Positions 1 to 13,490 of a stretch of DNA of 64,000 bases are shown piece by piece. Source of the stretch: Lingula anatina (lineage: Eukaryota; Animalia; Brachiopoda); the NCBI GenBank assembly GCA_051362555.1, contig CM120640.1, forward strand, positions 18,104,001-18,168,000. The letters run 5' to 3'. The first letter of the stretch is position 1; each line of letters starts with the position of its first letter. The notes beneath the pieces are model-generated. The model ran no database searches. It had not been told where the DNA came from and saw only the letters and a program-made list of their open reading frames with translations. The position numbers and the translations under genes were made by a program.

Positions 1-26
1 GCCTTAGACCGCTCGGCCATCCTGAC
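1..26 (-). tRNA. tRNA-Leu, 5' part only (truncated by window edge; anticodon not visible)
   Basis: Reverse complement GTCAGGATGGCCGAGCGGTCTAAGGC matches the conserved 5' end/A-box of metazoan tRNA-Leu(CAG/CAA). Confidence 0.85.
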
Positions 27-433
27 TTGTGAAAGAGACAGAGGGTAAAGTTGGGATTGGTACATTTTGTACCAAAGAAATTCTTTGTGATAAAAAGAAC
101 ATACTCATTTATTAAAAATTTGATGTTTTACGCGTTTTATAAGCATTTTGGTGGTGTTTTACTCACTGTAGTTACAAATACCCCGACTTATTGATCTCTT
201 TGGTAGTCTCGCTGCTATTTATTTAGAACAAGGTCAAGGTTATTTAGGCATGTACGCGTGGTCTGTATTACATGTTATCATTTGCATAAATTAAACAGTA
301 AAGCATGGTATATAATAGTAAATGCAATTATTGTCACTACTGTAAATAATTATAATAGAAAATACGTGGGAAAAACGAAATTGATCAATAATGTAATATA
401 GGGACTGGCAAAATTTGTGCAAATGTCCGTCAA

Positions 434-505
434 GCGTGGATGGTGTAACGGTTAGCATGGTTGCCTTCCAAGCAGTCGATCCGGGTTCGACTCCCGGTCC
501 TCGCA
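434..505 (+). tRNA. tRNA-Gly(TCC)
   Basis: 72-nt cloverleaf GCGTGGATGGTGTAACGGTTAGCATGGTTGCC-TTCCAA-GCAGTCGATCCGGGTTCGACTCCCGGTCCTCGCA. A and B boxes are present, with an oligo-T Pol III terminator just downstream. There is one U4:U69 acceptor-stem mismatch. Confidence 0.93.
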
Positions 506-622
506 CACTTTTTGAAATTTTAATTTCAATTATAAGTTATTTTTTTTCTGTTATCGTACTTTTACATAAATACATTTTATAACAACAGTATAAACACGAT
601 TTAAATCTGGTGTACTTTTCAG

Positions 623-3600
623 AGAATGTACTTAGTGTTGGAACTATGTGACCAGGGAGAGTTGGCAGATGTGTTGAAGGAGAAAGGGAAGTTTACTGAA
701 GCTGAGACCAAAACAATCATGAGAAATTTAGCAAGTGCAATTCAATACTTACATAAAAATGGTTAGTGTCTGTAAATATTTTAGAGCTAAAGTGATATTT
801 TATCTCAAAATTGTCTTCCATTATTGTACATTGATATTCTTATTCTTCTATAAAGGTATATTTGCCCATTCACATACTGTATTATTATTATGTTATTTTG
901 TACGCTGTCATGTTGATCTATGTACAGTTACAGAAATGAATTGATGGAATTATATCACTCTATATCCTAGGAAAATCATATTATTATAATTATCATTTTT
1001 ATTTTTGTGCTAATTCCATATAACATATAAATAATAATTTCTTTACAGACATTGTACATAGGGATTTGAAGTTGGAAAATATCCTTCTAAGTCACAATCC
1101 AGAAAATCCAGAAGATAAACTGCATATAAAGGTACATGTGTTGTTACATATGCAGAATATTATATTCAGTAGTTATATTTTTTCTTTGGTTAAATGATAT
1201 TTCAAGGAAATGAGTCAGAATACTAGATGCTTATTAACGTTTTGCCTCAAAATTGAAGCTCTGTATCTACAATATTGGATGACAAAAATATACAGAAAAT
1301 TAATGTAAAACATAGTTGTTTAACAACACTTCATTTTTATTACAGGTGACAGATTTTGGTCTTTCAGTATGTAAAGGAGGAGTTGGCCATGAAAATATGA
1401 TGCAAGATTTTTGTGGAACTCCAATTTATATGTGTAAGTTTTAAAGATGAAGTTTCAAAGGATATTGTTTCATATTTCCCAAAAATTATATTTAAATGGA
1501 CACTTTTTGCTTTTTTAGTGCTTTAGATATACCTTGAATAATGCAATTGCGTGGACAGTACTGTCATTTAGTGGACCTTTATTAATTGCCAGGACAGATA
1601 AACAGGCCAATTTACCAGCAAAAATTTGAAGAAGGTGCAGTTTTAAGGCTATTTTTTGGCTGAAGAAGAGATTAATTTGGTTTATGATTTGGCATGTCAA
1701 CTTTTTTTAATGTATAAGAAACTACATGTAATAAAAGTGGTCTATATGCATTACTGAAAATCCGTGCTTGCTTCATACATATCTTTCAATAATAAATGAC
1801 AAAAACAACCCACTCATTCAGAAATTTCCTAGGACATAATAAATTTATTCCTTGAGACCACTGATGCCTTTAAGTTTTAATATTGTTCAAAATGTAAGTT
1901 CCAGAAATTAAATGAACAGGCACAGATTTGGACTGTTTTTAAAAACATTTGCATTACTTGAACATATTTTGTTTCTTGAAGATAATGTTAATTTTTTAAT
2001 GAGAAGAAGTTTTGAACAAACCATTTGATTAAGTTGAATGTAATTTTTTTCATTCAGCCCCAGAGATCATAGACAACAAAACCTACAGTCAACAGTGTGA
2101 TGTGTGGGCAATGGGAATAATCATGTATACACTGTAAGTATTCAGAATTTGATAAGTAAGAAAATTTGATGCTAAAAATATCTACCACATAAATAATGGT
2201 GCATGGGAGGGATTTACTGCCTTCTTGGAATTGATCAAAATTGATGGACACCCACCTCCTCAGTAAGACAGATATCATATAATACACCGCAGGAGGGCTC
2301 ACCTTTGGTGAAATACAGCCTAAGCTCTGCTTTACTTTTATCTGTCCTCATAATTTTGGGGCACAATAATTTTCATGGCTATCATATTTTATACAGGGTT
2401 TTGAACAACAATGAATGAATACTAGTAGATAAAAAAGAATAAATGAAACATTACTTATACATTTTCTCTTTTTTCCTTAGTTGAACCATTTTAAAATGTT
2501 TCTAAACTGCTTGGATATTATTAAAATCATGGTGTAAAAATACAAATGTATTAAAATATATTTGATTAACTCACATCTTCTTTCCATCTACAGATTATGT
2601 GGTAATCCACCATTTCGAGCACGAGAGGAGGAGAAGTTGTATGAAATGATTAAAAAAGGAGAAATTGATTTTTCTGAGCCAGTGTGGGAAGAAATCAGTG
2701 AGGATGGTGAGTTTGCAAATGAGATAAAGAGTGAGAATTAGAATAAAAAACAAACAAAAACATGATGTTTTTTGTATTTAAATAGTATACAAAATAGAAT
2801 GTTAAGTAATCTGTCCTAGAATTCCCTAATAAAGTCCAAAGCGCATAAATTTATTATTTTGATTATTTCTAGCCAAACATGTGATCAGTGGCATGCTGAA
2901 GGTGGATCCTGCCCATAGAACTACAGCTAGTGAAGTGCTGGCACATCCTTGGATAACAGTAAGTGGCCCTTGTTGTGTCTACCTCATTGTTACACTGTCA
3001 CATTTAGTACAACCAAAACACCACTGTCCTGAGTCAACCCACTGTGGCTTGTATCATACTGTCACATCTAGCACAGTGCCACTTCTAGTTTTACACTGTC
3101 ACCCACAACAATTAATCACATGGTCACTGCAAGAGTATTGTTGTTGCATTTCATGACAGAATGTCAGAATGGTACCACAGTTATGATTAAGAAAGCATCT
3201 ATCTACCAATCTATAGATAATGAAAAAATAATTTAAAACAACCACTAAAATTTCAGCTCATCAGGTTAGGTTTATAATATCTCAACTCCTGTATTAAAAC
3301 TAGTCTGAGGCAATTCCAGTTGTCTCATATTATTGGCTAATATCCCAGACCAAATTATGAACAACTGTTTTAATTTTTAGGGTGAGGAGCGCACTTGCCA
3401 ACCTGCCAATGTATTAGAAATGATGAAGCAGTGGAAAGATGAGTTAAAACTGGAATCCGAGGAACAAGGGGAGGATGATAGTGCAATAAATGGAGACCAG
3501 AAAACTGCTTCTACCTCAGAGACTGAAGAACGGGTCTCTAGTGGCAGTAGTGTAGGGGAATATACTAAACGGGTAAAAAGACACATTTTAATATCTAAGA

Positions 3601-4326
3601 TAATAGAATAACTGGGAAAAAGTTGATAAAGCAAATTATAAAACTATCAAAAAAAAAAAACATTTCTTATAATTGCTAATAACTTTTCTTATAATAGGAG
3701 AAAATTATCACATAAATATAGACTTCTGACATGGAAATCATTGAATATAAATATAAATACATGAATGTACAATCATTTAAAATAATTTTACTTCTTAATG
3801 GACAGTTTGAAATATTAAATGCCATTATTATGCTATATGGATGGCTTTTGATATAATGTAGTAACATTGAGTTTGTTGTTATTTCAGAGCCCCAATGGGA
3901 GTGGAGGAACTAAGAAAACAGCTTTAAAAAGTAAATCACAGGTGTGTAGCATTATGTCTGTAATTCTTTATAACAGAAAAACATTTGAATAGCATATATT
4001 TATTTCTCTCATCAGTATTATTATTATTATTATTATTATTATTTTTGTGGTAAAGAGAAATTTCAGCTATCCTATTGTTATTTACTTTTGTTATTATAAT
4101 GGCTCTCCAGAGTTCAAGCGGAGGTAGTAGCAGCAGTCCTGCAAGACAAACACAAAAGACAATCAATAACAATGTTCCTGCTGGTAAAAGCAGGTCTCCA
4201 ATCACTGGGTCAAAACTGACCACGCCTTCACCTCGGACCCAACAAACCCACTCTGCCAGGACAACTGCAACACCATTGACTAAACCCAAATCACAGCCTT
4301 CAGCACAACCGACAAAGAAGAAATAG
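623..4326 (+). CDS. STK33: Serine/threonine kinase 33-like (CAMK group), 3' part; N-lobe exons lie upstream of the window
   Basis: Exons 623-761, 1049-1131, 1346-1433, 2058-2133, 2594-2706, 2873-2958, 3381-3572, 3888-3941, 4111-4326(stop). Translation gives RMYLVLELCDQGEL..IVHRDLKLENILL..VTDFGLS..CGTPIYMSPE..YSQQCDVWAMG..LKVDPAHR..NVLEMMKQWK, characteristic of STK33. The last two low-complexity exons are less certain. Confidence 0.9.
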
Positions 4327-4484
4327 CAGTTGGCATGACTGTAACATGGGGTAAACATTTAGCACAAGGGTACTACAGATGAAGAGTTCATTCAAATTGT
4401 GGCGTTGCTTCAAATTTGAGTTCTTAACTAAATATGACATATGATAGTCTGCCTTGTCTGTGGATGCTGAATACAAGTGGTCTG

Positions 4485-4485
<1 letters not shown>

Positions 4486-4541
<56 letters not shown>
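4486..4541. repeat. (TA)n microsatellite in STK33 3' region
   Basis: Direct reading. Confidence 0.95.
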
Positions 4542-4542
<1 letters not shown>

Positions 4543-7296
4543 TGCAGACTGGTTCGAAGATATCTTTACTGGGTTTAGGCTTGGTGTTGTGCCTTTAAGT
4601 CTATTTTGCACATATTTGCATTGATTTTAAGGTTAGAGGAGAACAAGAAGTTCTGTTTGAATACCATTAACAAGCTTGGGAATTGACTGGGTTATATTCA
4701 AGATACCTGCACAGTAAAAGATTGGTCAAAAGATATCTGTGAAGTTTGAATATTAACTTTCAGGTTAAGTAATGACTTTGATGCAGGTAATTGTGAAGGT
4801 TGCACAAGCTTGGAGAGATATCTGAGACTTATGTCAAATGTCTACAAAATATGTGTACAGGCAAGGAGATGCATTGCAGCTAAAATGCTGCTTGAAAGTC
4901 TAGTATATATATATATACAATAAAAGTGCTGTTGTGACTCACGCCATCATTATTTTGCTCAATCCATGGAGTATGAGAAAAATTTCATGAAATGAAATTT
5001 TAACAGCAAGAGACATTCCATGAGTAGACCTAGTAGTGAAACATATCTTGTGTAATTATTATTTTTGTGATATTATGTTGGCTTCCATGACAAAGATTAT
5101 TGCTTTTGTTATTTTAGTGACCTCACAAGGGAGTTGTTGTTAAAAGTTGATATCATTCATTAATTTAGTGAAAATATCTACAGAAGATACCCTGCATATC
5201 AGTCTTTGTTGAATGGCAGAATGTAAAAGAACATGACAAAAGATCACTTAATGAACTTGTACAAAGCTGCACATTTATGGTTCATGTAACTGAAATTGGT
5301 TTGATCAAACAACATCATTACTTTTCTTGTTTTTGCTTTCATTAAAAAGAGACCGTATATTAATGGCATTTTGACCAAAGAAGACCAAAGTGTGAAAGTA
5401 TAAAATCTAGTGCTTAAATGATTCTCATCTATCTTACACTTATGGCAAGTTCTGTCTTAAGCAGATAGTTATCCCAGATATATATTTTGACTTCTAGGTA
5501 GAGAGATGTATTTGTATAGGAAATGAATACAGATTCACAGGATTTAAACTGTGAAAATCTTCGTCCATTAAACTTTCCGTCCATTGGAAACTTTTGTTGC
5601 ACTAGTCAATATATAATTGTGTTATCCCTATTGCACTGCTCTTTTACTTAGTATCTGAAAGTCATTTAGAGAAAACCATTCTGTATCATTGTAGGAGAGC
5701 AGAAACCATGATTAAGGTAAAGGGACTTGAACAGGTCATGTCCCCTGTCAGCTAAAAAAAAAATAATGCAGCCTCAATGCTTCAGTGTTGCTGAAATTTA
5801 TAACAAAATATTATGATATTCTTAATGTTTTTTTAACAAAGTGAAATGTTCAAGCTAGCTTCTTTCACTTATGTAACATTTTATACATATTGCTTTACAA
5901 CTGTACAACTTTCCCTTGTCTGTAAAAATTGAAAAATATAACTTTGGACTGTTATCTAGTATTCATGAAACTGCATTTTGAATAGGGTTATATCAGTGAC
6001 TTTTGGAACAAATGGAGCAAACAGATAATGCATGCCAAAATACAAGAAGTGAGCAAGCAGAATACACCATTGTTGATCGGTTGTGATGTAGATCTCTATT
6101 TTTAAGGAGGGCAGCCTGCTTACTGTGATATAATAGATGGTGGCTCTCTAACATATGGGTAAACATTTACAACTTACATAGTTATCTTGTTGGTTCAAAT
6201 TTTGTGGGCTTTCAAAACAAATTCATTCATCATCCTCTATCCAGAGTTTTCACTCTCAGAATGAAATGGTTTTTAAGCTCACTTAGTGCATGTGATGTGA
6301 GTAGACTAGTTAATGTTTGCACTTGTGTCCACTAGAAAGATTTGTACCTAGTTGTTAGAGGACATTTTATCTGACAGTTGAAAAGAGCATTTGTCCAATA
6401 AGTACAGACTGTAGTTCTTTTTTAGTTTGGCTGGCTGCTCGCTTCCTGGGGCAGAGAAGATGTGTGTACAAAGTCAGTATTTTAGGTTCATTTGATATCA
6501 CACCTTGTATAACATCTGCATTTCACCATAATTATTACTTCACATTCAACATGCATCCTGTTCAAAATTTACTTGTGCATGATGCCAAAAAAGGTAAATA
6601 AACAAAATTAATAAGCAAGTTCAGAGAATGTTTCAATTTTATTTATTAAGGTCTTATAGAAAGGGGTAAATGAGTACCTTATATACAAACTTACACGTAG
6701 TACATACACCTTGATGTTTATAGGCTAAAAGAAGTATTTCTGATATTCCAATCTAATCAACAGAAATAATAGATAACCATTAAGATTTCGTTTTTCATAT
6801 TGTAAATTACTAAAGCAATTGTTACAAAATAGCAGAATCTGACGTCAGCTTGATGCCTTGAATCTTGCAGGTAAAAAAATCAACAGTTTGAAATTAAAAT
6901 GAAGCAAAATGTTTTCTGTACATTGCTAAAATTACTGTTCACGGTACAACTGTAGTCAATAAAATGTTCAACATCAACTACTTATCAATGCAGCACATTC
7001 CAGGAAAATCCAACATGGACTCATACTAATTTTCTAACTCAAGCTTGGATGAAATATACAGTTATGTAAAACTCTTCCCTCTTGGCTAAGGCCTAGTTAT
7101 AATTGTAGGTCTCCATATTCATATGCCAAGCTCATTAGTCCCCTTCATGACTATTTGAAGACCTAAGAGAGTACAAGAAGATAATAACCTGATGCTGATC
7201 GTAATTACATCCAATCTCGATAGTACATGGAGCAAGATGCATAGGAATGGAGCTCTTTGCCACTGTTCCTTCTAATCACAATGAGATGTGAAACCT

Positions 7297-8772
7297 TCAA
7301 GAACTTCCTTTTACAAAACCTGCAACCTTGCAAGAATCATCTTTTTCTGGTGAAGCATCTTTTGTTTTTCTTCTTTCTGAGTCTTCTTTAAGCTTTTCAG
7401 GGGGGTCCTGAGAGGATTCAGTGTCATTGTTTTCAGTTTTTTCCTTATTTGTTTCATCCTCTTCACTTTGAAATCCCAGTCCTAAATGCCTCCTTGTTCC
7501 TCCCTTTAATTTGTGCTCCATGCCATGCTGAAACTGCTGCTCCAACTCATAGTTAATTTTGTCTACATTCCCTAGTATTGAAAGATTGAATATTAATTAA
7601 AAACTATAATTTAATATGAATTTCAGAATGATCAGCCATCCATGAAAAATTTTTTAAAGTAATGTGTTTACAGGAAAACAGATATACTTCAATGCTTCAT
7701 TGAAAAAAATGCCTGTTTCACGAGTTTAGCACAATTGTGCTCAGCAAATTATTCAATACATGAGCAAAATAAGAATAGCTGAGGGCATACAGAGCACTGT
7801 TTAGCTTAACCTGTTTTAAGAAGAAGAGGTGGGGGTAACAAAGAACTGTAACGCTGTGCTGAACAGCCTCTGAAACTATTTGGTCAATAAAAAGAATTTA
7901 ACCTTATTCAAGCTAATTCAAAGTTAATCCTGCACACTACCTGTTTGTTTGTGTTCTGGCTGGTCTCCAATAACAATTTTACCATGATGCTCTTTCTGTA
8001 GAAAAGAAAAAACATATGCATCTGTAAAAATAAATTGTACAAGTAGCCTGTATGTCTCTGCATGTCATTTGCTGTCTCTATCAAGAAGCAAAAAGCTGCA
8101 CAGTGACACTGATAGTGAAGTAATTGCAAGAATATACTTAGAGGCATCCATTGTTTTTACTTTGCTGCATTCTGTTTTTAATGTTGTTAATTTTTATATG
8201 TTTTCTCTTTTTAAGAAGACTTTGATCTATACCTTAGCTGCCCCCATTAACCTTAGGAATTTATTTTTCCTGCCAGCATCTCCTAGATCTGCATGTTCCC
8301 AATCATTTGGAGAAGAAACCTGTAGTAAGAAACATTAATAAAGCTTTCAATAAGTCATTACATTAACTTAAATTAGTACTACTAGTAGTACTACTACTGC
8401 ACAAGCAATTCAACACACTGCAACTGTCTGTACAGTAGTAGTGTGGTGTAATACTAGGTACAGAAATTCAAAAGAGTACATGTACTTACTTGGTCAAAGC
8501 GAAGACCACAAAATCTTTAAAGATAAACGCTTCAAATTTTGTTGACACTTTCTAGAGATGTAATTTACAACATAAAGCATAACACTAAGACTGCAACGCA
8601 CTGAAGAAATCGTATTCAAATTCATAATCATTTTGAGTTGACTTACTTTGTTTGCTATATCCTCTTTTACTTTCTCTGCTGGTCGTTTTTGGCCTTGCTT
8701 ATCGCTCTTTTCACCATCTTCAGTTGCATGGGTATCTTTCGAAGCCTTAGCTTTATCCGGAGAAGAACTCAT
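7297..8772 (-). CDS. C11orf58: Small acidic protein (SMAP/C11orf58 family), ~180 aa
   Basis: Exons 8772-8647, 8319-8233, 7995-7941, 7571-7297. Contains [55 protein letters not shown], the SMAP domain signature. Confidence 0.9.
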
Positions 8773-9052
8773 CCCACTTATTTATCTTTAAAATTGGCAG
8801 AGAATATCATAGAGATACATACAGCGTGCTTTTACTGCGGTCCTACCAATTTAAGCTTTCTTTCTCATTTAAATAATTAGTAACGACTAACAATGGATAA
8901 ATCTAGATTATTTAATTAAAAATACGCTTAAGAGTAATAAGCCAAAATGTCAAAGGGAAAAACGTTATAAGGGTAACAGGAAGTTTGATAAAATTTCCTC
9001 GAAGACTTCCGCATGCGCACCACCTACTTCCTTTCCTCTTTACGGCACCAAG
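8773..9052. promoter_or_regulatory. Bidirectional promoter C11orf58/RPL36A with 5'TOP/TCT-type pyrimidine tract
   Basis: The ATGs are 280 bp apart. Motifs: ETS-like CAGGAAGT (~8977) and ACTTCCG (~9005), NRF1-like CGCATGCGCA (9010-9019), pyrimidine tract CTTCCTTTCCTCTTT (~9027-9041), and YY1-like CAAGATGG over the RPL36A ATG. Confidence 0.7.
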
Positions 9053-12000
9053 ATGGTGAGAAAAGCAATACCGATTCTAAATTAAATCCCCTACCATCGA
9101 TTTCATTTTAGGGTCAAATGATGTGTAAAAAGGTCTATGTTCAAATTGATCTCTTTGTAATGAATATATTCAAGTATCCTGCCATAGAATAAAATGGATT
9201 TTGATATATAATATCTTAATGTGCGTTACCTGATGGATTTCTTGAACTCGGTTTCTTGGTTTTGTGGCAATTATATTATTTGCACGACTTTCAGGTGAAT
9301 GTGCCTAAGACCCGCAGAACCTTCTGCAAGGGCAAGAAATGCAAAAAGCACACCTTGCACAAAGTGACACAATACAAGAAGGGCAGAGATTCTGTCCACG
9401 TCCAAGGTATGTATTTTCTTGACTTGTATTTTTACCATTTCCATATTTATTTTTTAATTTAAAGTTCATGAATTTCATAAGCACTGCACAGTTGTCACCA
9501 TTCCACTTATTGTTGCATTAACCTTTCTGTTACTTATAACTGAATGAGAGTAGTAAGGCTGTGAGTGTAAGCTCTCACCGTAAGGCCACACTTTTTTATT
9601 TTTATGGATGACATCCTCTGGGTACCCCAAAATCGGTGCGAGAGGGCGAAAAAAAAAAAAAAACAGTCCAAAAAAAAAAAAAAACTGCTTAAGTAAAGGA
9701 ATGCTGTCAGTACACAGCTGGAAACACAAATTTAAAGCAATAATAACTCTTCCTTTGAGATTCAAAAATCCGCATGAAATACATTGTAAAAAACGCATGG
9801 AAATATATTCTATTGTATTTTACCACTAAAACGGCCGTTATTGTAGGAAAACTAAAATCTGTGCTTGTCAATAGGGCTTACGATGCCTTTTTTCCGGTCG
9901 ACAAGTGCATTCGTTGCTAATGACGTAATGGTGTCACGCGGATTCTCGCGTTCATTCGAGACCAAAATAACATGGCGCCAAACGCATTAGTGCAGACGCA
10001 GACGTAAGTTGCGAGTTTTTGTACAGTGCGTCGGATAACGAAAAGCCCAGAATGGCACACATTGCGGATATAAATGCATTTTTAACAAAAAGACGAATAT
10101 ATCTCATGAATCTTATATAGTGTTGTTGTTGTCTGCTTTTCCCGCGGTTTTAAGTAGGTCACCAGTGACTTTGCAATGTCAGAGAGAGCTCCGTCAGTTA
10201 AAATCTCTTAAGAGATTTTAACAAAAAACCGTACGTTTAGGAAAAAAACCCTGGATTAACTTTGAATGCAGGAATGGGGTCGTTGGCCATTGGTAAGTAC
10301 GGGAAAATTGCCGTTTTTTCCAGGAAAATCCAATTTTTGGCCAAAACGAAGAGTTATTATGACTTTAACCACAGAAACACGTATCAAACTAACAATATGT
10401 CTTTATCCATGCTCTCAAAATATTAAAGCATTGTGAATACTTCGTAGAAATGTAAAAAAAAGTCATGAATTGATATACTTCATATTACCAAATCTATTTA
10501 AGGTTATTTCATGCATTCATTAGTACCACCAGCGTGTACGCTGGCGGTACTCATGGTTTTAGTCCCGACCCGTCTCGTACAGCTCCGCCGGCTCATGCGG
10601 CTCCTGCGGCTCCTGCGGCTCCGCCGGCTCATGCGGCTCCTGCGGCTCCGCAGGATGGCGTGGGATACAAGTCACCGTTACCGCTTCTCCTCCTAGACTG
10701 CAAGAACCTGTGTCCCCATCTCTTGGATTTTGGTCACATATAATCTCAACTTGAACCCCTTGGTTTTTTTGTCTCAGTCGGTGCATTGGCCTGGGCGTGG
10801 CACTCGTTATAACGCACCCTTGTCAAAATTTTTGAAAATTCAATGCTAAATATCTCCCATACTGAAGGAATTATGTGAAAAATGTCTACAGATGGCTGAC
10901 CGAAAGTCATATGTGGAGATTTCAAATATGCCCTTGGATTTGACCTTTGACCTTTATTTCAAGGTCAAACGGGCCAAAATTTTCTAAAAATGGGATTTTT
11001 TTGCAAAAAAATTATTATTTTATGCCGATTTTCAGAAACTTCACAGATCTAACTTATAATATTATGGACAGGTGTTACCCTTAGGGTCTTCTTTCATCTT
11101 CGTGAGTTTGGGGTCAATCAGTGCATTTTCACGGGCGTAGTGGCCATTAGATGCCAAAACTGAAAACTCTCTCAAATTCTGGAACTGTTAATGCCAGAGA
11201 CCTCTTGTTTTTTTCATTTTGAAGAGCTTGTCAAGCACAACACTGAAGGTGGTGTCCGTTTTTTGTTTTCGATACGGCTTACGCATTGTACTATATCGAC
11301 AGTTCAACATCCAATATTTAGTGGTGAAAATAAAATGTGAAATACTACAAAATTAGCAGAGATATGCCCATAGTTACTATTGAACTTGAATAGGAAGTCA
11401 TATACTTGTAATCTATCTGACCTTGAAATTGACCTTTGACCTACTTTTTATGATGAACTGCACTTAGCAAGTTTTCTGATTTTTATATCTCGAAAACTGG
11501 CAAAGATATGCCCATAGTTACTGTTGAACTTGAATAGGAAGTCATATACTGGCAATCTAACTGTGATCCTGAAATTGACCTCTGACCTACTTTACACCAT
11601 GAACTGAACTTTACAAATTTTCTAGCCCTTATATCTCTTAAACTGGCAAAGATACGCCCATAGCTACTGTTGAACTTGAGTAGGAAGTCATACACTGGCA
11701 ATCTTACTGTGACCTTTAAATTGTCCTCTGACCTACTTTTCACCATGAACTGAACCTTGCAAATTTTTGTTCCCTTTTATCTCCAAAACTGGCAGAGATA
11801 GGTCCATAGTTACTATTGAACTTGAATAGGAAGTCATATACTGGCAATCTAGGAGTGACCTTTAAATTGACCTTTGACCTAAATTTCATCATGAATTGAA
11901 CTTTGCAAATTTTGGTTCCCTTTTATTTCCAAAACTGGCAGAGATAGGTCTATAGTTACTATTGAAGTTGAATAGGAAGTCACATACTGGCAATTTATCT

Positions 12001-13445
12001 GTGACCTTGAAATTAACCTTTGACCTACTTTTCACCATAAACTGAACTTTGCAACTTGTTTAATGCTTATACTTTCAAAACTGGCAAAGATATGCCCATA
12101 GTTACTATTGAACTTGAATAGGAAGTCATATACTGGCAATTCACTGTGACCTTAAAATTAACCTTTGACCTACTTTTTACCATGAACTGAACTTTGCAAA
12201 TTTCCATTCCCTTTTATCTCCAAAACTGGCAGAGAAAGGTCCATAGTTACTATTGAACTTGAATAGGAAGTAATACACTGGCAATCTAACTGTGACCTTG
12301 AAATTGACCCTTGACCTAATTTTTATGATGAACTGCTTTTTGCATGTTTTCTGGCCTTTAAATCTGCAAAACTTGAAAAGAAATGCCTATGGTTACTATT
12401 GAACTTGAATAGAAATTCATATACTATGATGTTGAAATTGACTTTGACCTACTTTTTCACCATGAACTGAGCTTTGCATATTTTCTTGCTCCTCATATCT
12501 TCAAAACTAGCAGAGATGTGCCCGGTGTTGCCCCTAGGTTTTCTCTTTTGTCAGCATATATGCACCACTGACAACACATTTTAAGGAAAACCAATAGGCC
12601 TTTTGTCTAGAGAATCACAGGAGTGATCAATGGTAGGAAAATGCAGGTCAGTTCGAAAATCTGCTTGATTGTACCATTTTTATTCATATTTTTTGGCATA
12701 TTTTGAGAACTCTTGTTGATTGCATTTTATAGAGCTTGTCAAGCACAATACTGGTGATGGTGTCCCTTTTTTTGGGGGGGGGGGTTTCCATACGAATGCG
12801 CTTACTCCAGCTGGTGGTACAATATCCGGAGGCGGTATCGCCTCTCTGATCCTCTAGTTTGGTATAGCAATCAATAAAACAAATATCAATCAAACAGTGC
12901 GTCTTTATTTGTATTCTCAGAATATTAAAACATTTTGAACACTTCACAGAAATGTTTAAAAAATGATGCAAAGATATGCTTAATACTACCAAATCTATTA
13001 AAGGTCATTTCAGACGATGCCATTTTGTCAACTTCAACTCACACGAAGCAGCTAAACTGTCAGGTGGCCTGTCCGACCTTCAGCCCACCAAATACCTCGA
13101 CGCCCTTGTCGACCCTTTTTTCACTACAGAAAACCTGGTATTAATGTGCTGCTTTATACAGAATGTCACAGAAATGTTTCGGCCGCCTCCAGCCTTTCGC
13201 ACAATTGTAAAAAGGTGATATCTCCATGCCCAATATCAATGGCATACCAATCCAAAACGATGGCGCCCGTTCTCTTGATGACTTTTATTGTTGTGTAATT
13301 TGAAAGTAATCCTAGAGATGAATTTGACAGCAAAGTGGCCGCATTTCCTCGTGGCGAAAATACGCATGCGCAGAAAGCTCATTTCCTTGCAAATTCAATA
13401 ACAACGTTTGCGACAACCGACTTCGTTGGGGCCCGAGGGGGGGGG

Positions 13446-13490
<45 letters not shown>

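Noticed and set aside
291-506. 71-aa minus-strand ORF
   Set aside because: Antisense shadow of the tRNA-Gly gene.
9118-9233. Possible C/D snoRNA in RPL36A intron 1 (ATGATGT...CTGA; AATGTGCGTT complementary to a 5.8S-like AACGCACATT)
   Set aside because: Imperfect C box, no terminal stem, and a short guide offset from box D. Needs snoscan.
10511-10786. Repetitive ORFs (LRRLMRLL / PAAPAAP / EPQEPHEP)
   Set aside because: Translations of the 9-bp microsatellite in the HINE; no coding context.
11340-12520. CRISPR-like periodic repeat
   Set aside because: Whole monomers are homologous with no unique spacers, the context is eukaryotic, and there are no cas genes.
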